Positions 1-9,811 of a stretch of 64,000 nt of DNA are shown one piece after another. The stretch is from Candidatus Krumholzibacteriia bacterium (lineage in GTDB: Bacteria; Krumholzibacteriota; Krumholzibacteriia; LZORAL124-64-63). The first letter of the stretch is position 1; every line of letters starts with the position of its first letter. A model generated the notes under the pieces. That model was not told where the DNA came from. It worked only from the letters and a program-made list of their open reading frames with translations, and searched no databases. The translations under genes and the position numbers were made by a program. Location of the stretch: positions 8,277 to 72,276 of the forward strand of contig JAYRFB010000236.1 of NCBI GenBank assembly GCA_041908585.1, read 5' to 3'.

Positions 1-322
1 CCGGGGTGTACGAATCACTGGCCACCGAGAAGGGGCCCTGGCGGTCCTGGGCATCGACGCCCGCGACGCGGATCTGGTGCGCATGGCCGACAGCCGCGGT
101 CAGGGTGTAGCTGTTGGTGGAGGTGGTGCCGACCTGCGTGAAGTTGCCGCTGTCGACCTTCACCTCGACGACATAGTGGTCGACGGCCGAGCCGCTCGTC
201 GGCGCGGTCCAGGTGTAGGAGACGTTGACCGTCGTGGTCTGGGCCGAGGCGGACGTCGCCAGCACGGCGGTCGTCAGCAGGACCAGGGCCAGGGTGACGT
301 TGGACTTCGTGATGCGCTTCAT
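1..322 (-). CDS. Secreted fibronectin type III-like domain protein (N-terminal part; gene runs off the window start)
   Basis: Absent from the ORF track because it is open at the edge. My reverse-complement translation from ATG at 322 gives MKRITKSNVTLALVLLTTAVLATSASAQTTTVNVSYTWTAPTSGSAVDHYVVEVKVDSGNFTQVGTTSTNSYTL... It has a signal peptide, GGAG upstream and G/C-ending codons. Confidence 0.6.
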   Translation of the reverse strand, partial: MKRITKSNVTLALVLLTTAVLATSASAQTTTVNVSYTWTAPTSGSAVDHYVVEVKVDSGNFTQVGTTSTNSYTLTAAVGHAHQIRVAGVDAQDRQGPFSVASDSYTP

Positions 323-680
323 CGGGTTGCTCTCCTGGCTTCCGCCCCCCGGGGGCGGTCCTGATCTGGGTCCCTGGGTCACCGTCGCCGCGCCGGGGAC
401 CGGCGACGCGGGAACGACTGCATAGCCGGTGCCATGGAGTTGCAGCCCCCCGCACGGCGCCGCCAACGGGCGAAACCGGCCATCATCAAACGTAGTACGA
501 AATACCCTTAAATCGCTCCGGTTTGTCATCCCCCGGCGCCGCAGCGGGCATTCTGCGCGGCCACCCCCCATCCGCTGCGCTGCAGCGTGCCCGATCGCAC
601 GAGCGGCTTGCCCGTCGCGGGCTCCGCGCCGACATTGACGCCGTCCACGCAACCGCACCCTGAACCCCGGAGCGTGTCCC

Positions 681-1217
681 GTGAACCAGGCCGTCCGTGA
701 CCTGTGGCCCGAGCTCGACTGGATCCAGGACGAGAAGCTGCGCGAGGCGACCGCCCGCACCTGGGAGCTGGCCCTCGAGCGCAGCCCCCTGACCGCCGAG
801 GACCTGCAGACCATCCCCTTCACCCTGCTGGTGCCCGGCCTGAAGGTCAGCTTCATGGCCCACAAGCGCTGCGTGGTGCACGTGGCCCGGGACGCCGCCC
901 TGAAGATGAACGAGTTCTTCGGCGCCGACCTGCCGGTGGACCTGGACGTGACCATCGCCGGGGCCATCCTGGCGGATGTGGGCAAGCTGCTGGAGTATGA
1001 GGTCAAGGACGGCAAGTCGGGCCAGAGCGAGATGGGCCGCTACGTCCGCCACCCGTTCAGCGGCGTGGGGCTGGCCATGGAGGCGGGCGTGCCACCGCGG
1101 GTCTGCCACATCATCGCCGCGCACGCCGGCGAGGGCGACATGGTCAAGCGGACGACCGAGGCCTACGTCGTCCACCATGCCGATTTCATGACGTTCGAGC
1201 CGTTCCGGACGAAGTAG
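681..1217 (+). CDS. HD-domain metal-dependent phosphohydrolase
   Basis: 178-aa ORF with GTG start and GGAG upstream. H..HD-type residues are present (HKRCVVHVARDA, ILADVGK, AAHAGEGD), typical of HD/HDIG hydrolases. Confidence 0.75.
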   Translation: MNQAVRDLWPELDWIQDEKLREATARTWELALERSPLTAEDLQTIPFTLLVPGLKVSFMAHKRCVVHVARDAALKMNEFFGADLPVDLDVTIAGAILADVGKLLEYEVKDGKSGQSEMGRYVRHPFSGVGLAMEAGVPPRVCHIIAAHAGEGDMVKRTTEAYVVHHADFMTFEPFRTK

Positions 1218-1346
1218 GCAACGCGCAAAAACGGGCTTGGCGCAGGGGTGGTTTCCGGCTTATCTAGGAGCCGGATCGGCCGAAACAGGGCACCGGGCCG
1301 CGCGCGGACGCGGCGCCGGGCCACCAGATAGACCGGGAGGAACGCG

Positions 1347-1577
1347 ATGGCTGACAATACCGACAAGGTCGCGAACAACGTCGACGGCGACTTCTACGTG
1401 GACAGCAACTGCATCGACTGCGACCTGTGCCGCCAGACGGCGCCGGACAACTTCTCGCGCAACGAGGACGACGGCTACTCCTACGTCTCCAAGCAGCCGG
1501 AGAGCGACGCCGAGCGCCAGGCCTGCGCCGACGCCATGGAAGAGTGCCCGGTCGAGGCCATCGGCGACGACGGCTAG
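1347..1577 (+). CDS. Small ferredoxin (single Fe-S cluster type)
   Basis: 76 aa. Contains YVDSNCIDCDLCRQTAP...ECPVEAI, the C-x2-C-x2-C...CP cluster-binding pattern. GGAGG lies upstream. Confidence 0.85.
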   Translation: MADNTDKVANNVDGDFYVDSNCIDCDLCRQTAPDNFSRNEDDGYSYVSKQPESDAERQACADAMEECPVEAIGDDG

Positions 1578-1804
1578 GTCCGCCACGGTCGATCCCGTGC
1601 CCGGCGACCCGCGGTCGCCCCGGGCGGATTCAGCAGGCGGCCCGCCCCGGTGGCGGGCCGTCGCGATTTGTGGAAACTTGTCCGCCCCGGCCACGTTGAA
1701 GGCGGCTCGAGACGGAGAGATTCCCGGTGCGGCGCGGCCGCACCCCAACCCCCTGATCGCAGGCGCCCGGCCCGGGGGCCGGCCCGCCGCCGCAAGGAGA
1801 CCCG

Positions 1805-3292
1805 ATGTCCACGCTCAAGCGCAACCCCCTGGCCGCCCTCGCCCTCGTGGCGCTGGGCGTGGCCGTGGGACTGACCCTTCAGGGCGCGCCCGGCAACACG
1901 ACCGCCACGGCCGCGCCCGCTGCCGCCGCGCCGACCGCCGCTGCTGCCGCCGCCGGTGGCGAGCTGCGCTCCTACGCCGACGTGGCCGCCCTGACCATGC
2001 CCGCGGTGGTCAACATCGCCACCGACAAGCAGGTCGACGCCACGTTCCAGCACCCGTTCCTGGAAGATCCCATGTTCCGGCGCTTCTTCAACATGCCGGA
2101 CGACGAGAACCACCGCGGCCAGGAGCGCGTCGAGCGTTCCATGGGCTCGGGCATCGTCATCTCGCAGGACGGCTACATCCTGACCAACAACCACGTGGTG
2201 GAGAACGCCACCAAGATCAAGGTCACCTTCGAGGGCGACCGCGAGTACGAGGCGAAGATCATCGGCACCGACCCGCCGACGGACGTGGCGCTGCTGAAGA
2301 TCGAGGCCAAGGGCCTGCCGGTGATCGAGGTGGCCGACAGTGCGAAGCTGCGCATCGGCGACCAGGTCATGGCCATCGGCAACCCGTTCGGCGTGGGCCA
2401 GACGATCACCATGGGCATCGTCAGCGCGCTGGGCCGCAACATCGGCCTGACCGCCTACGCCGACTTCATCCAGACCGACGCGTCGATCAACCCGGGCAAC
2501 AGCGGCGGCGCGCTGGTGAACATGGACGGCAAGCTGGTGGGCATGAACTCGGCCATCCTCAGCCGCAGCGGCGGGAGCATGGGCATCGGGTTCGCCATCC
2601 CGTCCGGCATGGCGATGAAGGTCGTCGAGTCGCTCAAGAGCGACGGCGAGGTCAAGCGCGCCTACCTGGGCGTGCTGCCGCAGGAAGTGGACCAGTCGCT
2701 GGCCGACTACTACGGCATGGACAAGCCGCGCGGCGTGCTGGTGGCGCAGGTCAACGACGACACGCCGGCCGCTGCCGCCGGCCTCAAGGACGGCGACATC
2801 ATCCTGGCGGTGGACGGCAAGGAGCTCAACTCGCCCAACGCGCTGCGCAACCTGATCAGCCTGTCGGACATCGGCCATGCGGCGCGCGTGCAGGTGCTGC
2901 GCGACGGCAAGGAGCGCGACATCACGGTCAAGCTGGGCCGCCTGCCGGACGCCGAGGTGGCGGGCAACGCGCCGCAGGCCCGCCCGAACGGCCGCGACGA
3001 GGACACGACGCTGGCCGGCGTGACGGTGCGGCCGCTGACCGACCGCGCGCGGGCGACGATGCGCCTGGCGGATTCGATCAACGGCCTGCTGGTCACCGCG
3101 GTGGCACCCACCAGCAACGCCGCTGGCGAGGGCCTCGAGGAAGGCGACATCATCGTCGAGGTCAACCGCATGCCGGTCACCTCGCTGCAGGAGTTCCAGT
3201 CGGCGCTGGCCCGGACGCCCGAGCGCCCGGTGTTCATGCGGGTCTACAAGCCGCGGGCCCAGCAGAGCGTGTTCCTGGCGGTGCCGCGCTAG
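1805..3292 (+). CDS. htrA: Periplasmic serine endoprotease, DegP/HtrA (Do) family, two PDZ domains
   Basis: 495 aa with a signal peptide. Trypsin-like motifs are present (TNNHVV, DVALLKI, GNSGGALVN), followed by two PDZ-like segments. Confidence 0.95.
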   Translation: MSTLKRNPLAALALVALGVAVGLTLQGAPGNTTATAAPAAAAPTAAAAAAGGELRSYADVAALTMPAVVNIATDKQVDATFQHPFLEDPMFRRFFNMPDDENHRGQERVERSMGSGIVISQDGYILTNNHVVENATKIKVTFEGDREYEAKIIGTDPPTDVALLKIEAKGLPVIEVADSAKLRIGDQVMAIGNPFGVGQTITMGIVSALGRNIGLTAYADFIQTDASINPGNSGGALVNMDGKLVGMNSAILSRSGGSMGIGFAIPSGMAMKVVESLKSDGEVKRAYLGVLPQEVDQSLADYYGMDKPRGVLVAQVNDDTPAAAAGLKDGDIILAVDGKELNSPNALRNLISLSDIGHAARVQVLRDGKERDITVKLGRLPDAEVAGNAPQARPNGRDEDTTLAGVTVRPLTDRARATMRLADSINGLLVTAVAPTSNAAGEGLEEGDIIVEVNRMPVTSLQEFQSALARTPERPVFMRVYKPRAQQSVFLAVPR

Positions 3293-3510
3293 GGCGCCGC
3301 ACCGAAGAGCAAGGCCCCGGCGGTCGTCTCCCTGGGGTCGCGGGCCCGCGTCGGCAACGGCGCGGGCTCGCAGTTTTCCTGGGGGGCGGGCTTGCCGGGA
3401 TGGCGGCATCCGGCGGGTGGCGCCGAACGGGGGCATCGTGGGGTAGCATCTTGGGCGAGATCGTGGGGCGAGATCGCGGGGCGGCAGCACCGGGCGGCCC
3501 CGCCAGTGAC

Positions 3511-3525
3511 TGAATACTGTATTCA
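3511..3525. promoter_or_regulatory. Perfect 15-bp palindrome TGAATACTGTATTCA at the edge of an AT-rich island; candidate operator with a possible promoter TTGCGG-N17-TATATT (3549..3577)
   Basis: Read directly. The stretch 3505..3600 is strikingly AT-rich in a high-GC context and precedes the DUF222-like gene. Confidence 0.4.
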
Positions 3526-3623
3526 TCAAATTAATTACCATATTTTGCTTGCGGTTGCCATTTTTATTCGCTATATTTTCGCCATTGACAAGACGGCCCT
3601 TCCTCCCCGGAAAGCGAGCCCCC

Positions 3624-4103
3624 ATGCCCACCCTGACCCTTCCCCAGTTCGCTCCCGGCCAGCCCGCCTCGCAGGTCGATGCCTCCCTGCGCCAGGCCCT
3701 GGACGCCTGCGACCGGGCGCGCCAAAGCGCGGTACTATGGTTTGCGGAAGTCGCACGTCGCGGGCTGTACCGGCAGCTCGGCCACGCCAGCCTGCAGCTC
3801 TACGCCACTCAGGCGCTTGGCTTCAGTGACAATCGCTACCACCAGTTCAAGCGGCTGGCCGATGACCTCGACCGGTTGCCGGTCCTGCGTGAGGCCGTCG
3901 CGACCGGAGAGATCGGCTGGACCAAGGCGCAGCAGGTGGCCCGCGTGGCGACCGAGGCGACGCAAGCCGCGTGGGTGGAGAAAGTGGCTGCGACCGGACG
4001 GCGGGAGCTGGAGCGGCAGGTGCGGGACGCGCGCCAGGCGCAGCGGGCGTGGCAGACGCGGAAGCGGCGGCCGGTTGCGCCGGCGCAAGTCGAGGTGGGC
4101 TGA
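3624..4103 (+). CDS. DUF222-like N-terminal domain protein; possible truncated HNH-endonuclease remnant
   Basis: From MPTLTL... The segment WFAEVARRGLYRQLGHASLQLYATQALGFSDNRYHQFKRLADDLDRLPVLREAVATGEIGWTKAQQVARV matches the pattern of the N-terminal region of DUF222/HNH endonucleases. No HNH domain follows before the stop. An AT-rich island lies upstream. Confidence 0.5.
   Translation: MPTLTLPQFAPGQPASQVDASLRQALDACDRARQSAVLWFAEVARRGLYRQLGHASLQLYATQALGFSDNRYHQFKRLADDLDRLPVLREAVATGEIGWTKAQQVARVATEATQAAWVEKVAATGRRELERQVRDARQAQRAWQTRKRRPVAPAQVEVG
4075..4088. repeat. REP-like palindrome TTGCGCCGGCGCAA
   Basis: An exact 14-mer at the 3' end of the DUF222-like ORF, between convergent genes. Confidence 0.8.
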
Positions 4104-4150
4104 GGACCCCGTGGCCGGCGGCGCGGCGGCCAGGCGCACTGGCGGACGCC

Positions 4151-4657
4151 TTACCGCTCCGGTCGCACCATCACCTCCACCATGTTCGACTCGATCCCGC
4201 AGTCGACCGAGTGCGGGATGGCCGGGCACCTGTACAGGGCGCCCTCAAAGCTCCACTGCTGCAAGCCGGGCTCAGGGAGGGCCGGGGCGGACTTTGCGAA
4301 CGTCACGCTGTCCCCGGGTTCGAGAATGAGGTCGCCGCGATCGGGCAGGCTCTTGCAATCGGGCGCCGCGAAGGTGGCCTTGAAGTGCTCGACCTTGCCC
4401 GAGGCCGGCACGGCGCACGGCAACGGGCCGTATTCCAAGAACGAACCGGGTACGTACACAGAGAGCTCGCCTCGATTGGACAATACCATCGTGAAGGTAA
4501 CGCTGTCCCGCGGGGCATACTCCCGGGCGTCGGCCGTCACTTGGAGCTCGAGTCCGCATTCGTCGACGAACTCCACGCCGCGACAGCCCGCGGTCGCGAC
4601 GCTCGTGACAAGCGACAAGCCGACCAGACATCCAGGCCATGTCGTGACGTATCGCAA
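4151..4657 (-). CDS. Hypothetical lipoprotein
   Basis: 168 aa with a lipobox-like N-terminus (LVTSVATAGC). Codon G/C-ending bias is lower than in neighbouring genes. Confidence 0.6.
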   Translation of the reverse strand: MRYVTTWPGCLVGLSLVTSVATAGCRGVEFVDECGLELQVTADAREYAPRDSVTFTMVLSNRGELSVYVPGSFLEYGPLPCAVPASGKVEHFKATFAAPDCKSLPDRGDLILEPGDSVTFAKSAPALPEPGLQQWSFEGALYRCPAIPHSVDCGIESNMVEVMVRPER

Positions 4658-4682
4658 TGTTCTCCGCCGCGAATGCGGCGCT

Positions 4683-5540
4683 TCACGGCGCCGTCAACGC
4701 CGCCACCGTCTCTTCCAGCAGCCTGTTGAAGCCCTCGGGATCCTCGCGCATCAGGAAGTGCCCGCGCCCGGCCATCACCCGCAACTGGTAGCCGGGGACC
4801 AGCGCCTTGATGGGCTCGACCAGGGTCGGCTGTGCGTCGGCGTTGATGCACATCAGGGGCACCTTGAGCAGCGGCAGGCGCTCGCTGGTGCGGTTGCCGT
4901 ACCAGTGCAGCAGCTCGCGCATGGCGCTGAGGCCGACGGCCGGCGGCGCCGAGGCCATGTCGGCGGCGATGCCGGCCGCCAGGGCGCTGTCGGCGCCGGC
5001 CGGGAAGAAGTGGCCGACCCAGGCGCGCACGCGCGGCACGAAGTCCGCCTCGAAGGTGGACACGAAGACGTCGATGCTCTCGGGCGGCAGCTTCAGATTC
5101 ACGTTCTGGAAGTTGTCGACGCCCACCAGGCCGAGCACGCGGTCGGGCGCGGCCAGTGCCGCCTCGACGATGACCGCCCCGCCCATCGAGTGGCCCACCA
5201 GGACGGCATCCTTCAGGTCCAGCTGCGCCAGCACGGTGGCGACATCGGCGCCGAACGCTTCCATGGTGTACGCCTTGCGTTCCTGGCCCGAGGCGCCGTG
5301 CCCGGCCAGGTTGATCGCGACGACGCGGTGCTTCGCCGCGAAATGCGCCACCTGCGCGTCCCAGTAGGTGGCGTCGCAGCTCCAGCCGTGCACGAACACG
5401 AGCGCGGGCGAGCCGTGGCCCTGGTCGGTGAAGTGGAGGATGACGCCGTCGGGGGCGGTCGCGGTGCCGGCCGGGGCGGACGCGGCCAGCAGGAGGAACG
5501 CGGCGACGATCGTCACCGGCAGCGCAAGGCGTGTACGCAT
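4683..5540 (-). CDS. Secreted alpha/beta-fold hydrolase
   Basis: 285 aa with a signal peptide. HGW oxyanion region and nucleophile elbow GHSMGG are present. Confidence 0.85.
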   Translation of the reverse strand: MRTRLALPVTIVAAFLLLAASAPAGTATAPDGVILHFTDQGHGSPALVFVHGWSCDATYWDAQVAHFAAKHRVVAINLAGHGASGQERKAYTMEAFGADVATVLAQLDLKDAVLVGHSMGGAVIVEAALAAPDRVLGLVGVDNFQNVNLKLPPESIDVFVSTFEADFVPRVRAWVGHFFPAGADSALAAGIAADMASAPPAVGLSAMRELLHWYGNRTSERLPLLKVPLMCINADAQPTLVEPIKALVPGYQLRVMAGRGHFLMREDPEGFNRLLEETVAALTAP

Positions 5541-5778
5541 GGCGCGCGGTCCTTTCGGGAAGCGGGGCGGGCGGTCACGGGGCCGTGACCATCATGGCGC
5601 CACGGAAGCCGGTCTGGCAACGTCCGAGTTGTGAAAGATTAATCATGAAACAGCCTGTTGATTCGGGGTGGCGCGATCGGCGAGAATCGTTGCCGGCTCG
5701 ACTCCGCCGAACCGCGGGGCCCCCGCGCCGACGGCATCGCAACAGCAATGCCGCGTCCCCCACCCACCAGGAGAGAAC

Positions 5779-8619
5779 ATGACCCGACCTCGTTTCTCGC
5801 CCCTGGCCCTGGCGGCCCTGCTGCTGGCCCTGACGGCCGGCCTGGCCTTCGGCGCGGAGGAGACCGCGCCTCGTTCGTTCGCGCCCGTGCAACTCGGCTT
5901 CTCTCCCGACGCCGAGGAGGCGCTTCCCTACGCGCCCGACCGGCTGCTGGTGCAGGTGCGCGAAGGAAGCATCACCAAGTCGAACCTCGGCATTTCCCTG
6001 GACAAGGGCGCCCAGGTGCCGCTCGCGCAGACCGGCCTGCTGCCGATCGACGAGCTGGCGCAGGACGCCGGCATCATCGCGATCGAGCGGCCGTACATCC
6101 GCGTGCAGCGTGCGGACAAGGCCGTCGATGCCGGCATCGACCGCTGGTTCATGTTCCGCTTCGACGAGGTCGAGAACCTGCCCGCCCTGGCCGACGAGTT
6201 CGCGGCCCTCGACGACGTGCAGGCCGTGTCGCTGGACTGGCGCGCCTACCCGATGGCCACGCCGTCCGACCCGTACTTCACCGCCAACTGGGGCCACAAC
6301 AACACCGCGCAGCTGCCCGGCCTGGACTGGGGCGGCACCTACGACCACACCCTGACGACGACCGTCGGCACCGTCGGCTTCGACGCCAACGCGCCGCAGG
6401 CCTGGGACGGCAGCCAGGGCTACGGCTCGGCGAGCATCGTCATCGCCATCATCGACAGCGGCGTCGACATGGAGCACACCGACATCCGCAAGGTGACCGG
6501 CTACGACTTCGGCAGCAACGACAGCAACCCCGACGACAACGCCACGGGCGCCGGCCACGGCACCTGCTGCGCGGGCGTTGCCGCGGCGATGAACAACGGC
6601 GTGGGCGCCGTCGGCGTGGCGGCCGGCTGCAGCATCATGCCGCTGAAGGTCGCCGACAACGCCGGCTCGATGTACTTCAGCGCCATCCAGAACGCGCTGT
6701 ACTACGCGGCCGACAACGGCGCGCACATCATCAGCATGAGCCTCGGCGCCGCCATCTCGTCGGACGCCGCCACGAACACGGCGCTGCAGTACGCGTACAA
6801 TGCCGGCTGCACCATCCTGGCGGCCACCGGCAACGAGAACATGTCGACGATCAGCTACCCGGCCATCAACACCTACGTCATCGGTGTCGGCGCGGCCTCG
6901 CCGTGCGGCGACCGCAAGCGCAGCTCGAGCTCGTCGAGCGAGGTCAACCCCGGCGTCAGCACCGACCCCCGCGGCTACACCTGCGACGGCGAGCGCTGGT
7001 GGGGATCCAACTACGGCGTGACGACGAAGGACGCCGCCGGCGCCGTGGACATCCTCGGCCCGACGATCCTGCCGACGTGCGACGTGGTGGGCTCGGGCGG
7101 GTATCGCTCGGGCGACATCGAGCCGTTCTTCAACGGCACGAGCTGCGCGACGCCGTACGTGGCGGGCGTGTGCGCGCTGATCAAGTCGGCCAACCCCTCG
7201 TATACCCCGGCGCAGGTGCGCGCGGCGCTGGTGAACAGCGCCCGCGACGTGACCAACGCCGAGTCGGGCACCGGCTGGGACCGCTACTCCGGCTACGGCA
7301 TGGTCGACGCGCTGGCGGCGATCGGCGGCACCGGCCCGGTGGCCCCGGTGGCCAGCTTCACCGGCACGCCGACCAGCGGCACGGCCCCGTTGACGGTGAA
7401 CTTCACCGACGCCTCGACCGGCTCGCCCACCTCCTGGAGCTGGACCTTCGGCGACGGCGGCACCTCCACCGCGCAGAACCCCAGCCGCACGTACACCGCG
7501 GCGGGCACCTACACCGTGGCGCTGACGGTCGCCAACGCGGCCGGCAACAACACGCTGACGCGCACCGGGTACATCACCGTGACGGCGGCCGGCTCGGCGC
7601 CCGTGGCGAGCTTCACCGGCACGCCGACCACCGGCACGGCACCGTTGGCGGTGACGTTCACCGACGCCTCGACCGGCTCGCCCACCTCCTGGAGCTGGAC
7701 GTTCGGCGACGGCGGCACCTCCACGGCGCAGAACCCCAGCCACACCTATGCCGCGGCCGGCACCTACACCGTGGCGCTGACGGCGACCAATGCGTTTGGC
7801 AACAACACCATGACCCGCACCGGCTACATCACGGTGACCTCTGCCGGCGGCACCTGGCAGACGATCACCTACGACACGTTCGAGTCCGGCATGGGCACGT
7901 ACACGGACGGCGGCGCCGACATGTCGCGCTACACCAGCACGACGTACGCGTACGCCGGCCGCGCGGCAGCCGACATCCAGGACAACAGCGGCACGCCGTC
8001 GTCGTTCTACCACACGCTGGGTTACAACGTGTCGGCCTACGCGGACCTGAAGGTCGACTTCTACTTCCGCTCGGTGAGCATGGAGACCGGCGAGGACTTC
8101 TTCCTGGAGTACTACAACGGCTCCGCCTGGCAGATCGTGCGGACGTTCGTGGCCGGCACGCACTTCACCAACACCGGATTCTACTCGGCGTCGGTGAGCA
8201 TCCCGAAGGCCACGTACACGTACCCGACCAACGCGAAGCTGCGCTTCCGCTGCGACGCCAGCGACAACTCGGACGACATCTACATCGACGAGATCCGCTT
8301 CAGCGGCCTGACCGCCGGCAGCCTGGATGCCGGCCGCGAGACGGGCGTGCTGGCGCGGGCCGCGGTGCTGGAGCAGAACCAGCCCAACCCGTTCAACCCG
8401 CTCACGCAGATCAAGTTCAGCCTGCAGCGCGAGGGCGCCGTCACGCTGACGATCTACAACGTGCGCGGCGAGGCGGTGGCGAAGCTGGCCGACGGCGTGA
8501 TGAGCGCCGGCGACCACTTCGTGACCTGGGACGCGACCGACCACCCGAGCGGCGTCTACTTCTACCGTCTGGAGGGCGACGGCATCGCCGAGACCCGCAA
8601 GATGACGATGTTGAAGTGA
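5779..8619 (+). CDS. Secreted subtilisin-like (S8) peptidase with two PKD domains and a FlgD/T9SS-like C-terminal domain
   Basis: I moved the start to ATG 5779 (MTRPRFSPLALAALLLALTAGLAFG, GGAGAG upstream). Catalytic motifs are IIDSGVD, HGTCCAG and GTSCATP. Two 85-aa PKD repeats are present. The C-terminus reads NQPNPFNPLTQIKFSL...YFYRL. Confidence 0.9.
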   Translation: MTRPRFSPLALAALLLALTAGLAFGAEETAPRSFAPVQLGFSPDAEEALPYAPDRLLVQVREGSITKSNLGISLDKGAQVPLAQTGLLPIDELAQDAGIIAIERPYIRVQRADKAVDAGIDRWFMFRFDEVENLPALADEFAALDDVQAVSLDWRAYPMATPSDPYFTANWGHNNTAQLPGLDWGGTYDHTLTTTVGTVGFDANAPQAWDGSQGYGSASIVIAIIDSGVDMEHTDIRKVTGYDFGSNDSNPDDNATGAGHGTCCAGVAAAMNNGVGAVGVAAGCSIMPLKVADNAGSMYFSAIQNALYYAADNGAHIISMSLGAAISSDAATNTALQYAYNAGCTILAATGNENMSTISYPAINTYVIGVGAASPCGDRKRSSSSSSEVNPGVSTDPRGYTCDGERWWGSNYGVTTKDAAGAVDILGPTILPTCDVVGSGGYRSGDIEPFFNGTSCATPYVAGVCALIKSANPSYTPAQVRAALVNSARDVTNAESGTGWDRYSGYGMVDALAAIGGTGPVAPVASFTGTPTSGTAPLTVNFTDASTGSPTSWSWTFGDGGTSTAQNPSRTYTAAGTYTVALTVANAAGNNTLTRTGYITVTAAGSAPVASFTGTPTTGTAPLAVTFTDASTGSPTSWSWTFGDGGTSTAQNPSHTYAAAGTYTVALTATNAFGNNTMTRTGYITVTSAGGTWQTITYDTFESGMGTYTDGGADMSRYTSTTYAYAGRAAADIQDNSGTPSSFYHTLGYNVSAYADLKVDFYFRSVSMETGEDFFLEYYNGSAWQIVRTFVAGTHFTNTGFYSASVSIPKATYTYPTNAKLRFRCDASDNSDDIYIDEIRFSGLTAGSLDAGRETGVLARAAVLEQNQPNPFNPLTQIKFSLQREGAVTLTIYNVRGEAVAKLADGVMSAGDHFVTWDATDHPSGVYFYRLEGDGIAETRKMTMLK
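7348..7857 (+). repeat. Tandem duplication of an 85-codon PKD-domain unit inside the subtilase gene
   Basis: Units 7348..7602 and 7603..7857 both encode VASFTGTPT.GTAPL.V.FTDASTGSPTSWSWTFGDGGTSTAQNPS.TY.AAGTYTVALT. The DNA is near-identical over long stretches. Confidence 0.85.
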
Positions 8620-8712
8620 CGATGTTGAAGTGACGTCGTCGACCTGACGATGCCGAACTGCTCGATGCCAGGACAGCCGCTGCAGGCCTGCTCGCCCGGC
8701 CTGCCGCAGCAA

Positions 8713-8743
8713 GGCCGCCGGTCCCTTCGCGGGGCCGGCGGCC
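8713..8743. terminator. GC-rich hairpin between convergent genes (subtilase / SRPBCC)
   Basis: GGCCGCCGGTCCC-TTCGC-GGGGCCGGCGGCC gives a stem of about 12 bp with one mismatch. There is no clear U-tract. Confidence 0.45.
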
Positions 8744-8780
8744 GTTCCATCGTGACGCGGTTGTGGCCAGGCCGGCGGCG

Positions 8781-9359
8781 CTACTTGCCGGCGCCCTCGA
8801 GGTGCTGCTTCATCAGCGGCAGCACGCGGCCCCAGGCATTGTCGAAGTAGGCGTAGGTGGCATCCCAGTCGGCACCCTCGCCGAAGCCCAGGTGGGTCAG
8901 GCGCACGCGCGTCGAGGCTTCACCCAGGGCCTCGACCTCGACGACCACCCAGGTGCGGCGCTCGCGCGTGGGCTGCGTCGGCGGCGCGTTCCAGGTGAAG
9001 CTGACCATGCGGCCGGGGATGTAGCCGAGCACCTGGCAGCCGTTGCTGCCGATCTTCCCGTCGAACAGCCACTCGTAGCGGCCGCCGATCTCCAGGTCGA
9101 TGTTCGCGCGGCTGTCCGGGCCCATCATCCCCTGCCAGGCAGCCGCGTCGGTCCACAGCGCCCAGGCGGCGGCGGCCGGCGCGGCGATCTCGACGTCCTT
9201 CGTGAACGAGCGGGGGGCCGGACCGCGGCCATCGAAGAGAGCGCTGTCGATGGGTGCGGACAGGGCGGCGGCGGGCAGCGCGACCGCCAGGGCCAGGGCC
9301 GCCAGCGCAGGGGCGGGACGACGGCGCCGCGGCGCCGGGAACTTCAGGTGAGGCCGCAT
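8781..9359 (-). CDS. Secreted SRPBCC/AHSA1-like domain protein
   Basis: Start set at MRPHLKFPAPRRRRPAPALAALALAVALPAAA (signal). The rest resembles the Activator-of-Hsp90-ATPase-homolog-1-like START fold (IDLEIGGRYEW, VSFTWN, RVRLTHLGF). Confidence 0.7.
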   Translation of the reverse strand: MRPHLKFPAPRRRRPAPALAALALAVALPAAALSAPIDSALFDGRGPAPRSFTKDVEIAAPAAAAWALWTDAAAWQGMMGPDSRANIDLEIGGRYEWLFDGKIGSNGCQVLGYIPGRMVSFTWNAPPTQPTRERRTWVVVEVEALGEASTRVRLTHLGFGEGADWDATYAYFDNAWGRVLPLMKQHLEGAGK

Positions 9360-9385
9360 CGGAACTTCCTTTCTGGATGGACGGT

Positions 9386-9811
9386 TCAAGACGGATCGTG
9401 CCCGCGCGGCTTCCGACCGCGCTCCTTCAGGATCAGGTACACCTGGCGGAAGGCCGCCAGCATCCCCCACAGCATCCCCGCCAGCGACGGCCACGGCTTG
9501 CCGCCGAACACGCGCTCGGCCCCCATCCCCAGCAGGTAGCCGATGGCCGGGCCCACGAGCATCATCATCGGGATGATGGTGTAGATCCCGATGTCGCGTG
9601 CACGACGACCGGCCTCTTCCTGCGTGCGCGCACCAAGCCGAGGGAGGCCGCCCGATCCGCCGCCCCGCGCCTGCCGTTCCTGGCGCAGCCGGCGGCGAAG
9701 GTCCTCCACACGCGCCGGGTCGGGCGGCTCGGGCAGTTCGCGGCGGCCGCCGCCGGTGCCCTCATCACGGCGCTCCTCGCCGCCGTCTTCACCGCGCTCG
9801 TCACCCGTCAC
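9386..9811 (-). CDS. AtpZ/AtpI-like small membrane protein with charged N-terminal extension
   Basis: The C-terminal 65 aa (GIYTIIPMMMLVGPAIGYLLGMGAERVFGGKPWPSLAGMLWGMLAAFRQVYLILKE) form two TM helices typical of the AtpZ family. The GTG start at 9811 overlaps the upstream gene's stop by 11 nt. The start is uncertain. Confidence 0.5.
   Translation of the reverse strand: MTGDERGEDGGEERRDEGTGGGRRELPEPPDPARVEDLRRRLRQERQARGGGSGGLPRLGARTQEEAGRRARDIGIYTIIPMMMLVGPAIGYLLGMGAERVFGGKPWPSLAGMLWGMLAAFRQVYLILKERGRKPRGHDPS

Noticed and set aside
8604-8631. A 14-bp tandem duplication (GACGATGTTGAAGT twice) spanning the subtilase stop codon.
   Set aside because: It is real in the sequence but is a trivial slippage duplication. 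The first stop codon is retained, so there is no coding consequence.
5575-8712. Very long ORFs antisense or out of frame to real genes. Examples: 1045 aa at 5575..8712 minus, 685 aa at 1574..3631 minus, 1145 aa at 40756..44193 minus, and 991 aa at 5658..8633 plus.
   Set aside because: Their translations are Arg/Ala/Gly/Pro-rich low-complexity strings with no motifs. They overlap genes with clear catalytic signatures. This is the usual stop-codon depletion of high-GC DNA.
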